Assembly: GCF_001194135.2 (NCBI RefSeq)
Contig: NC_069001.1
Span: 20,198,650-20,262,649, forward strand
Length of the DNA stretch: 64,000 nt
Reading direction: 5' to 3'
From: Octopus bimaculoides
Taxonomy: Eukaryota
Under the pieces are notes generated by a model. It was given only the letters and a program-made list of their open reading frames with translations, was not told the DNA's origin and did no database searches. The position numbers were made by a program, and so were the translations under genes. Of this stretch, positions 26,525-37,938 are shown one piece after another; the stretch's first letter is position 1; every line of letters begins with the position of its first letter.

Positions 26525-26830
26525 CATTAACATCACTATCATCATTATGTCTGTTTCCCGTGGTGGCATGGGTTAGATGAGTGATCATGTTCCAAGTCAG
26601 TTCTTATTGGGTGTCACTGTCCTCAGATACTGATTCTCATACCGTTTTATTTTTAGCTTAGGGTCCATGACTGGATACCCTTCCTATCACCAAACACTTT
26701 AAAAAGTGCACAGGGTGCATTTTATTGTGGTATCAGCACAAGAAGGATTGCCAACTCCTCAACTCTTTCACCAACCTCTTTACAGAGTGCACTGGCTGTG
26801 GTTTATCATGTCACCAACACTAGAGCAGTT
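26525..26830 (-). mobile_element. RTE-type 3' tail fragments
   Basis: Eroded (CAT)n tail, ggcatgggtt, ctggatacccttcctatcaccaa and repeated ctttacagagtgcac motifs. Confidence 0.5.
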
Positions 26831-27413
26831 ATCATATCCTCTGTGTAGATGGGAGCAAAGAGACCTCTTGAGCCAATGTTTCTCCATTCATTCACCAACC
26901 ATTCCCAGAACGCACTAGATATATTCCATCATGGCACAGTATGTACATTCTAAAGGTTAAGAGTTTCGCCACACTAAGATATGTATGTTTACTCAAGGCA
27001 GCATGATTGAGAAGCAGGATACGAGAGTAAGAGACGACAGAAGACCTATGAGAATGAGTAGGTGAAAAGAGCAAGAGTATTGTAGAAGAGACAAAGTGAT
27101 TGGAGTGGAGAAAGAGAGTAGCAGTAATGTATAAGAAAAGAAGTAGACGAAAGTAAATGATGGATGACAATAGAAGTGATGAAGGGCAGAAAGAGTAAAA
27201 GTACAGTGTATAGGAACAATTCTAATACATTTTCTTTTACATAGGCTTAGTGATGGGTAAGAAAGGAAGAGTGATGAGAATGGTGGTGAAGGCATTGAGT
27301 GTAGGAAGATCTTACATAATGTCACTAAGCTTGTAATATGGGTGATGGAGACATGAAAGATGAGACAGTTAAGAATTCTGTGGCAGCAGCAGGTATAGAC
27401 TTGACAAGATGTT

Positions 27414-28631
27414 CAAGGGTTGGACAAAATAATGGAAACACCTTAAAATTTCAAACAAATTTATTTTAATATGGGGTAGGACTGCCTTTGGCAGTAATTA
27501 CAGCTTGAATTCTATGAGGTATGGACCTGTACAAAGTTTGAATTGTTTCCAAAGTAATTTTTGTCCATTCTTCAACTGAAACAGTCTCTAGTTTTTGTAG
27601 TGATGATGGTGGAGGATACCGACTCCTTACTTGTTTTTCTAAAATGCACCATAAATGTTCAATAATATTGAGATCTGGGGACAGTGGTGGCCAGATAAGA
27701 TGTTCAACTTCACTAGAATGTTCCTCGTGCCATTCAGTAACAACTTTAGCTATGTGAATTGGTGCATTATCATCCTGAAAGATTGCGTTTCCCTCCGGAA
27801 ACAGTTCCACAACCATAGGATGAATTTGATCAGATAAAATGCTTAAATAGTCTTGACTATTAATTCTTCCATGAAGGGAAACCATTGGGCCGGCGGATTT
27901 CCAAGATATAGCCCCCCAGATCATCACAGATGAGGATCTGTCTAGGTCAAATGCTTCTTTTGGCTGTCTTCACACGTATACTTGGCCAGTGGTCGGAAAT
28001 AAGGTAAAGGATGACTCATCTGAGAAAATAACATTCTTCCACTGCTCTAGGGACCAATTCTGTAGGGTTTTTACTCCACTCTAAATGCTTTGCAATGTTT
28101 GTTTTTGAAAGTAGTGGTTTTCTGATTGCAGCCCTCCCGTGAAATCCAGCTTTGTGCAGCTCCCGGCGAACAGTTTTTGTGGAAACTAGGTTCTCGAGGT
28201 GGTCATTAACCTCTCAAGTAATATTGGGAGCTGTACTTTTGTGATGCTTTCTAACAATTCATGTAAGAGTCCCTATCTGAAAGTTTTGGCTTTCTTCCGG
28301 AGTTTTATTTTGACGAAGTTTTTCTCTCTTTCTCATTACTTTCGAGACAGTACTTCTTGATACACCAAACATTTTGGTTGTTTTCATTACGCTAGTGCCT
28401 GTTATACGAGCACCAACAATTTGACCTCTTTGAAAGTCTGATAGATCTGGCATTTAATTACCTTTTTCTGATGATATCTGAAAAGGAACAGCAATTTTAG
28501 CAAAACATATTACACAACACTAATAATAAATCAAAAAACATAAAAATGAACAAGCTTTTGACAGTTTTATAAATATTTAAAAATTATGATGCTATGTTGC
28601 TAGGTGTTTCCATTATTTTGTCCAACCCCTG
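27414..28631 (-). mobile_element. Tc1-family DNA transposon with DD36E transposase (Incomer-like), 1218 bp
   Basis: 29-bp TIRs CA(A/G)GGGTTGGACAAAATAATGGAAACACC (28/29 match); transposase relic inside; TA target sites eroded (TT left, TG right). Confidence 0.93.
27466..28453 (-). pseudogene. Inactivated Tc1-type transposase
   Basis: MPDLSDFQRGQIVGAR N-terminus, WKNVIFSDESSFTLF (first D), FQDDNAPIH...WPPLSPDLNIIE with 36 residues between D and E; frameshift near 28300, in-frame TGA after QVYV and a short deletion before VMIWGA. Confidence 0.9.
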
Positions 28632-28649
28632 TGTGTGTGTGTCTGTGTG

Positions 28650-28895
28650 TGTGTGTGTATGTTGCATCTCCTTGTCTTTACATCTCACAATAGTTGTTGA
28701 TGAACATCACCTTCACATAAGTGGTATCGTTCCTTCCCAGTATTTTGTGAAAACATGTCTAGCCATGGGAAAATATCATCTTTGAGTCAGGTGAGGCAGC
28801 AGGAAGTGTATCTGGCTATAGAAAATCCTGCTTCAGCACATTCCAACTAACCTCTGCAAACATGAAAAGATGGACATTATAATGAGGATGATGAT
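28650..28895 (+). mobile_element. 3' half of RTE-tailed SINE
   Basis: Similar to 4980-5190 and ends in RTE-like tail with eroded (GAT)n. Confidence 0.45.
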
Positions 28896-28971
28896 AAGAG
28901 TAGAATCGAAGTCAGCAATAGATTTTGAGAGGAGTACAGTTTTGTAGAAATGAAAAGGTATATAAAAGGAG

Positions 28972-29021
<50 letters not shown>

Positions 29022-29100
29022 GTATACATAGACACACACATATTTCATGCATTAGGAATGGTGGATTCCTGCAATGGTTTGTATTTTCCGTGCATATAAA

Positions 29101-30388
29101 AAATAGAATAAGAATAGCCTGGGCAAAGTTTAGAGAGCTCTTACCCCTGCTGGCGACAAAGGGACTCTCACTCAGAGTAAAAGGCAGACTGTATGACGCA
29201 TGCGTACGAACAACCATGCTACATGGCAGTNNNNNNNNNNNNNNNNNNNNNNNNNNNNNNNNNNNNNNNNNNNNNNNNNNNNNNNNNNNNNNNNNNNNNN
29301 NNNNNNNNNNNNNNNNNNNNNNNNNNNNNNNNNNNNNNNNNNNNNNNNNNNNNNNNNNNNNNNNNNNNNNNNNNNNNNNNNNNNNNNNNNNNNNNNNNNN
29401 NNNNNNNNNNNNNNNNNNNNNNNNNNNNNNNNNNNNNNNNNNNNNNNNNNNNNNNNNNNNNNNNNNNNNNNNNNNNNNNNNNNNNNNNNNNNNNNNNNNN
29501 NNNNNNNNNNNNNNNNNNNNNNNNNNNNNNNNNNNNNNNNNNNNNNNNNNNNNNNNNNNNNNNNNNNNNNNNNNNNNNNNNNNNNNNNNNNNNNNNNNNN
29601 NNNNNNNNNNNNNNNNNNNNNNNNNNNNNNNNNNNNNNNNNNNNNNNNNNNNNNNNNNNNNNNNNNNNNNNNNNNNNNNNNNNNNNNNNNNNNNNNNNNN
29701 NNNNNNNNNNNNNNNNNNNNNNNNNNNNNNNNNNNNNNNNNNNNNNNNNNNNNNNNNNNNNNNNNNNNNNNNNNNNNNNNNNNNNNNNNNNNNNNNNNNN
29801 NNNNNNNNNNNNNNNNNNNNNNNNNNNNNNNNNNNNNNNNNNNNNNNNNNNNNNNNNNNNNNNNNNNNNNNNNNNNNNNNNNNNNNNNNNNNNNNNNNNN
29901 NNNNNNNNNNNNNNNNNNNNNNNNNNNNNNNNNNNNNNNNNNNNNNNNNNNNNNNNNNNNNNNNNNNNNNNNNNNNNNNNNNNNNNNNNNNNNNNNNNNN
30001 NNNNNNNNNNNNNNNNNNNNNNNNNNNNNNNNNNNNNNNNNNNNNNNNNNNNNNNNNNNNNNNNNNNNNNNNNNNNNNNNNNNNNNNNNNNNNNNNNNNN
30101 NNNNNNNNNNNNNNNNNNNNNNNNNNNNNNNNNNNNNNNNNNNNNNNNNNNNNNNGGCACATAAAAGACACCATTTTGAGCGTGGCCGTTTTCGTGCGGG
30201 TGACACGTAAAAGCACCCACTACACTCTCTGAGTGGTTGGCGTTAGGAAGGGCATCCAGCTGTAGAAACTCTGCCAAATCAGACTGGAGCCTGGTGTTGC
30301 CATCCGGTTTCACCAGTCCTCAGTCAAATCGTCCAACCCATGCTAGCATGGAAAGCGGACGTTAAACGATGATGATGATGATGATGAT
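29101..30388 (+). mobile_element. Young 5'-truncated RTE LINE spanning an assembly gap (29231-30155)
   Basis: NRIRIAWAKFRELLPLLATKGLSLRVKGRLYDACVRTTMLHGS before the gap; intact CpG-rich 3'UTR and (GAT)n tail after it. Confidence 0.85.
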
Positions 30389-30920
30389 AAATATACACAT
30401 ACATATATTTATATGCAAGGAAAATACATGTCCCTGTTTCTCTTCTTTTTTCTCCTTTTACAATTTATTTGCAAATATACGGTCAGCTTCTCTGACATAA
30501 CCTCTTTGTTTTTCCTTCTAAATTTCTTTCGGTAATACCTTTTTTGATGTTTTCCTTCAATTTTTTACATTGACAAGAATGGGAATACATAACTATTTTA
30601 ATTATTATTATCATAATTAATGTTTTTTCTTACATTGCCATTTGAAACGGTCATATGTGGAAATTAAATTCCAATTTGAACGTTTAACGCCTCTACTCCA
30701 TTTTTATAATTGTTAGTAGTGTTATATAAGTTTATATAAGATTTTATCTTATACATGCTTATAACGAACGTTTTACTTGTTATTTTCATATTTTAATTGC
30801 TTGCTTTAGCAGGCTATCATTTTGATATGATGAATATTTATTAAAAATATTTCTTTTTGGACTCCCCAAAAAGTTTGAATTGTTCTACTTGAACTTATTC
30901 TTTCTCATGTATATATATAT

Positions 30921-31497
30921 NNNNNNNNNNNNNNNNNNNNNNNNNNNNNNNNNNNNNNNNNNNNNNNNNNNNNNNNNNNNNNNNNNNNNNNNNNNNNNNN
31001 NNNNNNNNNNNNNNNNNNNNNNNNNNNNNNNNNNNNNNNNNNNNNNNNNNNNNNNNNNNNNNNNNNNNNNNNNNNNNNNNNNNNNNNNNNNNNNNNNNNN
31101 NNNNNNNNNNNNNNNNNNNNNNNNNNNNNNNNNNNNNNNNNNNNNNNNNNNNNNNNNNNNNNNNNNNNNNNNNNNNNNNNNNNNNNNNNNNNNNNNNNNN
31201 NNNNNNNNNNNNNNNNNNNNNNNNNNNNNNNNNNNNNNNNNNNNNNNNNNNNNNNNNNNNNNNNNNNNNNNNNNNNNNNNNNNNNNNNNNNNNNNNNNNN
31301 NNNNNNNNNNNNNNNNNNNNNNNNNNNNNNNNNNNNNNNNNNNNNNNNNNNNNNNNNNNNNNNNNNNNNNNNNNNNNNNNNNNNNNNNNNNNNNNNNNNN
31401 NNNNNNNNNNNNNNNNNNNNNNNNNNNNNNNNNNNNNNNNNNNNNNNNNNNNNNNNNNNNNNNNNNNNNNNNNNNNNNNNNNNNNNNNNNNNNNNNN
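30921..31497. other. Assembly gap adjoining compound microsatellite
   Basis: Run of N. Confidence 0.99.
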
Positions 31498-31755
31498 TAT
31501 ATATATATATATGTATGTATGTATATATATATATATATGTATGTATGTATATATATATATATGTATGTATGTATATATATATATATGTATGTATGTATAT
31601 ATATATGTATGTATGTATATATATATATGTATGTATGTATATATATATGTATGTATGTATATATATAATGTATGTATATATATATATATTTGTATATATG
31701 TATAAATATATGTATGTGTGTATATATGTGTACATATGTATGTATATATATGTAT
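31498..31755. repeat. Compound (TA)n(TGTA)n tandem array
   Basis: Repeated unit of roughly 18-24 bp, (TA)n followed by TGTATGTATG. Confidence 0.9.
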
Positions 31756-31757
31756 AT

Positions 31758-32508
31758 TGTGGGGATGAGCCGGAAGAAGAGGGCCATGACGTCAATAGTC
31801 AAGGGACTGACTGGAAGAGGAAGCATGAGAAGGGAAGTGCAAGGGAGACAGGAGAGGGCAGCCTTTTTTCGCCGGCCGAAGTATCATGAACAAACATCAG
31901 GAAATTTGCTCCCGGGTTGGTCAGATAGCAGCTGCTCAGACTGGGTGAGGATCACTGAAGTGACTTCTACTATACAGGTGCAGACGTGGATATATAGTGG
32001 TGTGAGGCACAATGCTAAGGCTGCAGGCGATCGTGATCGACTACTAGATGGGATTGACGTTGTAATGGGGCCAGACGCGATTGATCGCCTTGGGAGTGTC
32101 AGTGTTGGAGAAGATGTGGTTCCGTTTGGTGCCATGGAGATGCCGTGAGTCAGGAATGTGAGCGGGAGCAGAGCCCCGCGAGGAACTGCACTGCCTATGC
32201 CATTGAAGAGAAGGATTTTCAGATGGCATTCAATGGTCAGCGATAGATGATAGTGGTGCTGGAAAGAGGGACCCCCAATGCTGAAGAACAGGGTGAGCTG
32301 CTGCCAGCATACCCTGAAAGAGCACACCAGGAGTAAGTTTGAAGAAGAGGTAGAGAAGTGGATTAAGAAAGGTGTCCTTATGCCATGGAAGGAAGAGGTG
32401 ATGAGCGGAGTGCTACCTCTAATAGCAGTGGTGCAGCCAACAAAGGGCAAAGTTAGGCCAGTACTGGACTTTTGGGAAATGAACAGCCATGTATCATACC
32501 ACACAGAA
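31758..32508 (+). mobile_element. Ty3/Gypsy LTR retrotransposon pol fragment (protease end to RT start)
   Basis: GC- and CpG-rich; LLDGIDVVMGPDAIDRLGSV (protease C-terminal motif) and FEEEVEKWIKKGVL...GVLPLIAVVQPTKGKVRPVLDF (RT domain start); stops and frameshifts; no LTR seen. Confidence 0.8.
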
Positions 32509-32509
32509 T

Positions 32510-33330
32510 TTTCTTGCTGCTACATCTAGCAAATAATTTCCCTGCTGCTCTTCTTCATTGTTCAGTTGTTTATAAAATTTTTTCCGTCATTCTTGAGTCT
32601 ATTCTGCTGCTACTGATTTGTTCTCTGTTGGTATGTTTTTGTTTCACCTGACACCACTTTGATATTTTGTCTCAGTTCTTTAACTGCTTGCAGTCTTTTG
32701 TGCCTTGTGTTGCACTTCCTTTGCCGTTCATTTCTATGTCTTTCCCTTAACCTCTTTTTTTCTGATTGCATGCATCTGTCCAAGGTCTCTCTCAGGCTGT
32801 TCAATTTGGTTCTCAAACCTTTGTTCCCACGATGGAACATTGTCCTTTGTTTTTCTTTTGCTTTTAACCCCCAAAACATTGTACAGCAACAGAGGCTGCA
32901 CAGTATATATGGTAATTTAGATCTGTTATGTATTCAGTGTTGATTTCCGTTACTTTATATAGATTCCCCTCAGAGCTGGCAGCACCTTTCTTTCACTATT
33001 TCACACTTCATTCAGATGTAGTTTCTTCCTCTGTAACAATCTTTCCCTCCACAAAGTAGAATTCACCATCATCTGGGCAGCTGTTTCTTTTATGAGTAGT
33101 TATTGGTCCTTCTGTTTATTCCTGTTCTTGTTCTGCTTTTTGTTCTTCATGTTCAGCATAGTCACATTCACACTCTTTCATTATGTGGAGATCTCTAGTT
33201 CCAACTAGGATAGCCACTATCTTTACAGGATTAAATTTAGGTGGACTAGAAGTCTTTGCTCTATTTTAGGGAGCATACTCTGCCCAAAAATTATTTTCTT
33301 TTCCGGTATCCAGTTTTGGTGGACTTGCTT
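32510..33330 (-). mobile_element. Decayed R4/Dong-like non-LTR ORF fragment
   Basis: KELRQNIKVVSGETKTYQQRTNQ*QQNRLKNDGKNF resembles the pre-RT region of R4-clade elements. Confidence 0.5.
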
Positions 33331-33769
33331 CTATAATAACATTCCATTACATTCTATTGTCATTTTCAGTCTATTTTCTCCTTATCTTGGATAATGACAA
33401 GGTCCCACCTGCTGCACTGTGGAACACTTCACTCAGGGTTTGGGTCTCATGAATGCAGTTGTGATGATTTTTATTTGGCATTACACTCATAAAGAGGGCT
33501 GTGTTGGTGAGGTATCACAACCACCAGTGTTTTTTTTTTTTTTTGAGACACTTTCTCTAGGGGGATGCCAGCCAAGGCTAAAGGGACCCTATTCCCTCTG
33601 TGGTAGATTTACTCTGATGAAGATGTTCTCTACTATTTTTGTTCTTGGAATATTCATTATTACTATTATTACTGCTGTCGTAAGCAACAATGGCTTCATC
33701 AACAGTAATAATAAAGAATATTCATCTGCCTTTAAACAAGTCTTGTTTTTACTCCTACAGGGATTATCA

Positions 33770-33804
<35 letters not shown>

Positions 33805-33805
33805 G

Positions 33806-34232
33806 AGTGAGAGAGCAGTGCATGCCATCAAAGTAATACTAGGGTACAAATACATGAAGCCTAATATACCCATCGTGACATGGTGATCTTATATCAAGAT
33901 AAACAGCACATGACCTTGCAGGTGGGGCCCAGTTAGAATTTTCTTCAGATCATTTAGCCCATTCTGCTCAAAATGTCCCTGAACAATATTTGTTTAAGTA
34001 TAATGAACAAAACGCCTATGTTTCCAAAGGTGAAGTATTCAAACTCCACAAAAATTCCTCTCAATACATGGCTGTGATGCTCCCCATATCATGCACATAT
34101 CACCAGCCATCAAGGGCATGCTGACAAGCAAATCTGTGGTATTGAGCAGATTATGTTGTACCAAGACAAACCATGTACATGATAATACTTCCAATCAGTT
34201 AAGATCAACAGCCATGAGAGCCATTGTCTGAT
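33806..34232 (-). mobile_element. Non-coding interspersed element flanked by (ATT)n, copy 1
   Basis: Homologous to 34254-34567; (ATT)n runs on both sides (33766-33805, 34233-34253). Confidence 0.7.
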
Positions 34233-34253
34233 ATTATTATTATCATTATTATT

Positions 34254-34567
34254 GAGTAAGGGAGCAGTGCATGCCATCAAAGGGACACCAGGGTACAAAT
34301 ATATGAAGCCCAGCATACCCATCATGACTGCCTGTCTGATAAGAGTACACATGCATCACAACCATGTATGTGTGACATGGGGATTTCATATCAAAATAAA
34401 CAGCACATGCCTAGTTAGAATTTTCTTCAGGTTGAGTAGCCCATCCCACTCAAGGTCCTTGAATAAGGTTTGTTTAATGATAATGAATGAAACATCCATA
34501 TTTCTAGAGGTGAATTATTCAAACCCCAAAGAATTCCTCTCAACACATGGCTATGATGCTCCCCCAG
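34254..34567 (-). mobile_element. Same element, tandem copy 2 (truncated)
   Basis: Aligns with copy 1 from gagt.ag.gagcagtgcatgccatcaaag to gatgctcccc, with reciprocal indels. Confidence 0.7.
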
Positions 34568-34615
<48 letters not shown>

Positions 34616-34617
34616 TG

Positions 34618-34661
<44 letters not shown>
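34568..34661. repeat. (GTA)n-(ATT)n compound trinucleotide microsatellite
   Basis: Perfect runs; source of the poly-S and poly-I stretches in ORF 34252-34734. Confidence 0.95.
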
Positions 34662-34662
<1 letters not shown>

Positions 34663-35429
34663 TGTTTGACTTTTGCTTTGTATTTGTACAAGTTGACTCC
34701 AAGTCTCACTCATAAACTTCAAGAGACAAGTTAGAAGTTCAAGTCGATATTGACTAGGGTGCTATATTTTTGGTTTTGCATAGTGTTGTTCTAGAGAATG
34801 TCTGTCAAAGCGTAAGAAAATTAGGAATTTGTTTTAAAAGTAATTTGATGATAAGGTGATAGTATGATCTTAAGGTGACAATAAAAGGTGTGTGCTAATA
34901 TGTACATTTAAAAGTACTTTTGATAATGTTCTCAGATTAAAATGTTTTTGGAATTACATAGACAATATTTTTCATAGGATGTGAGCAGTTCCTATGAGCA
35001 CTATTTTTTTGAATTTCTTCCATTTTTTTTATTTCCTTGTATCCAGGATAGGTAATGAGTTGGTATTTTGACTGATATTCTAAAGATTCTGCCAGCTCGC
35101 CACATTTGTACAAACTAATAATACAAATATTTATTTACTGGAGAAACAAAAAAATGAGCAAATCATATCTTACTTAGAAAATTGTTCTTTGTTTAGAGTT
35201 GGAATGAATGACCAAAGTGACAGACAGCAGTAACAGAGAGACAGGCATACACACAATCTTTGAAGCACCTAAAGCTGTCCCAATTCTAAGATGAATTTCT
35301 TATAAAAGAGAGGAAGAATGTGAATGTTAAGAAGTTTCTAAATAGAATAATAGATAATTTTTTTTTCTAGTAAAAATACACAGAAAAATTATTTATTGGT
35401 TCAATTGAAACCAGTGAGCTACAGGACTG

Positions 35430-35890
35430 TACCAGGCTTTAGTATAGTTTCTATGGCTGGATGTCTTTCCTAATACCAAACCCTTTACTGAGTGTACAAG
35501 GTGTTTTTTGTGACACCAGCACAAATAACTTGCAAGACAAGACACCTCAACTTAGTTGGAGTCTACATTGAGAGAAGTAGCACCAGGCTCTAGTCATCTG
35601 TTTTGGCTTGGTTTCTATGGCTGGATGCCTTTCTTAACACCAGCCACTTTACAGAGTGTGCCAGGTGTTTTTTATGTGTCACCAGCACAGGTGATTTTCA
35701 CATGTCACTGACACAGGTGCCTTTTATGTGTCACCAGCACTGGCAATGATCATGTTTCACTTAGCTTGACATGTCACCTCAGGCACAGCAAATTGCCAGA
35801 AGTCTCAACCACTTGTCATTGCTTCCGTGAGACTCAACAACCAAAGGATTATATTTCATCACCCCATCCTACATCTTCCTGGGTCTATCC
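35430..35890 (-). mobile_element. Two stacked RTE 3' tails
   Basis: gtttctatggctggatg(t/c)ctttc.taa.acca occurs twice, with repeated ttttatgtgtcaccagcac units. Confidence 0.7.
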
Positions 35891-36370
35891 CTTCTACAGG
35901 TTCTCTCCACAATTAGAGATTGGCACAAGATATTGAAAACAAGCCAAATTATCACAGTCTGTTAACATAAACTTAGTAACATTTGCTAATGGCAGGTTGG
36001 CATTTATGTTGAGAGGTCATATAATCTCATTATACTCCCATCCTGAGTATACATAACGTACACCTATTGTATACCTTACACTATTTAATGACCAAATTAC
36101 CTTTAAGAAGAATCTATCTATGATCTCAATGAAAAATTATCTCAGAAAGGTTAACGTAATGTTGACAAACTTTCATCTGTTAGTCAGCTATTTGCAATGA
36201 GTGAATGCTTATAAAACTAAAGCAGTGGTGCACCACTCTGGTGGCCAGTTGTGATAGCAAAACATGACAGCCACAATATATAAACATCTTTAAATCTGAA
36301 AGTAGACAAGTTGAGATACAGTTCTCCCATAACCTACCATACTTGAGAGCATAAAAGCCTCGTGGGCACC

Positions 36371-36432
36371 TTAACCCTTTAGCATTCAGATTATTCAGTC
36401 AATTGTAATGCTTATTTATTCATATTGTTTTG
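36371..36432 (+). mobile_element. piggyBac-like MITE copy 3, left end only
   Basis: TTAACCCTTTAGCATTCAGATTA...tgtaatgcttatttattca.attgttttgaa, then replaced by an RTE tail. Confidence 0.65.
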
Positions 36433-36613
36433 AAAAAACACCTGGCATACTCTGTAAAGTGGTTGGCATTAGGAAGGGCATCCAGCCATAGAAACCAAGC
36501 CAAAACAGATGACTAGAGCCTGGTGCAGCTCTCTGGCTTACCAGTCCCAGTCAAATCATTTAACCCATGCCAGCATAGAAAACAAGCATTAAATGATGAT
36601 AATGATGATGATG
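36433..36613 (+). mobile_element. RTE 3' tail
   Basis: gtggttggcattaggaagggcatccagcc...aacccatgccagcat...ttaaatgatgat. Confidence 0.8.
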
Positions 36614-37938
36614 GTAACAGTTATTGTTCCTAATAAATTCCTTAGCCTATGGCACCTGGCTTCCCATCCATAATACAGTTGCAGTAGACACAAGGTGATT
36701 TTTTTGATACATTTAAAAATGGAAAAAGTGCTGGTAAATACAGTAATTGTCTTACAGGATAGTGAATATAAATTCAATGAAGTGTTAAATGTTGCAGTTC
36801 AAACAGAACAGAGTTAGTTAATTTACTCTGATTCCAAGAGAATGAGTAAATGGCATCACAATTAGAATTACTAATAAAATATCCCTGGCAATAAACAACA
36901 GACTGAGCAATCTGTCCTCATGCATTTAGCAAAACTTCAGTTCAAAATTCCAATGTAGCAAGTACCTGAAGAAGGGCAGAGAGTACAAGTCTAAATACGA
37001 CTGAGAACCAAAATTTGAATGTATCATTGTATAATAATGAAAATAGCTCATCTCAGAAATTCAGGCAGAAATGATTTAATCCTGGAAAGGGTACTCTACT
37101 AATTTTTCCACATCACCTTTGCACTAATTCAGTATGATAAAGAATAGGAATGTTTGAACATAGCCCAAAAGACTCAAATGAAGATAGTTTTACTAAATCT
37201 AATGCTGATTTAAGATGAGCAGCAGCAGTACCTCTTTTCTTTTACTCTCTTTCATTTCTGTACACATTTTGAATTATGTACTTTTATCAAAAGTTGTTTT
37301 TGCTTTTCTTTTTTCATTTCTGTATTTTTCTTTTTTTTTTTTCCCCTCCTGAACAGGTGTTGTGAGCCATGCCTACTGCAATACTATGTAGAAGTGATTA
37401 GTGTGTGTGTGTGTGTGTGTGCGCATGTGAAGATTTCATTGCCATTCTATCCTGTCTTACACTACATTCCCCATGTCATTGTCTCATTTTATTATCCATT
37501 TTCCTGCATAACCTCATACCTTGTTCTTGAGGTAAAGATTGGAATATGCAGGAGTATGTTAGCCAGATCACTTGAAATAATTCATAGATTTAAATAATAG
37601 ACATAATAATGAAAGAATCTAATCATGGTCCAAAACCTAGGAGTAATGTTGTGCTGCTAGTGGTATTACTTATGTCATAATGGGTGTTGAGATAGTTTTT
37701 GAGAAGTAGGGAACAACTTCCATTCTTTCATCTAAACCCAGTTGTGTATTTACAAGAGGTCTATTTTTATCCACAGCAGAGATAATGTAAAGTTAACTAA
37801 ATACATCCTGTCTTCCCATTTAAAGTCTAATGTATATTTACATGAGGGATTTTTGCTATCCAGTCTACAATTGGATGTCTTTCAAAATATACACTAATAT
37901 CTATCAGCATGCACAAATATCTGCACAAATAGCATGTA

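Noticed and set aside
31511-31889. YI/VC-repeat ORFs here and at 6373-7020, 23186-23591 and 45294-45605
   Set aside because: Translations of TA/TG microsatellites.
35640-35745. Short repeats (ttttatgtgtcaccagcac) with spacers, superficially CRISPR-like
   Set aside because: Only a few irregular units, part of the RTE 3'UTR, eukaryotic context and no cas genes.
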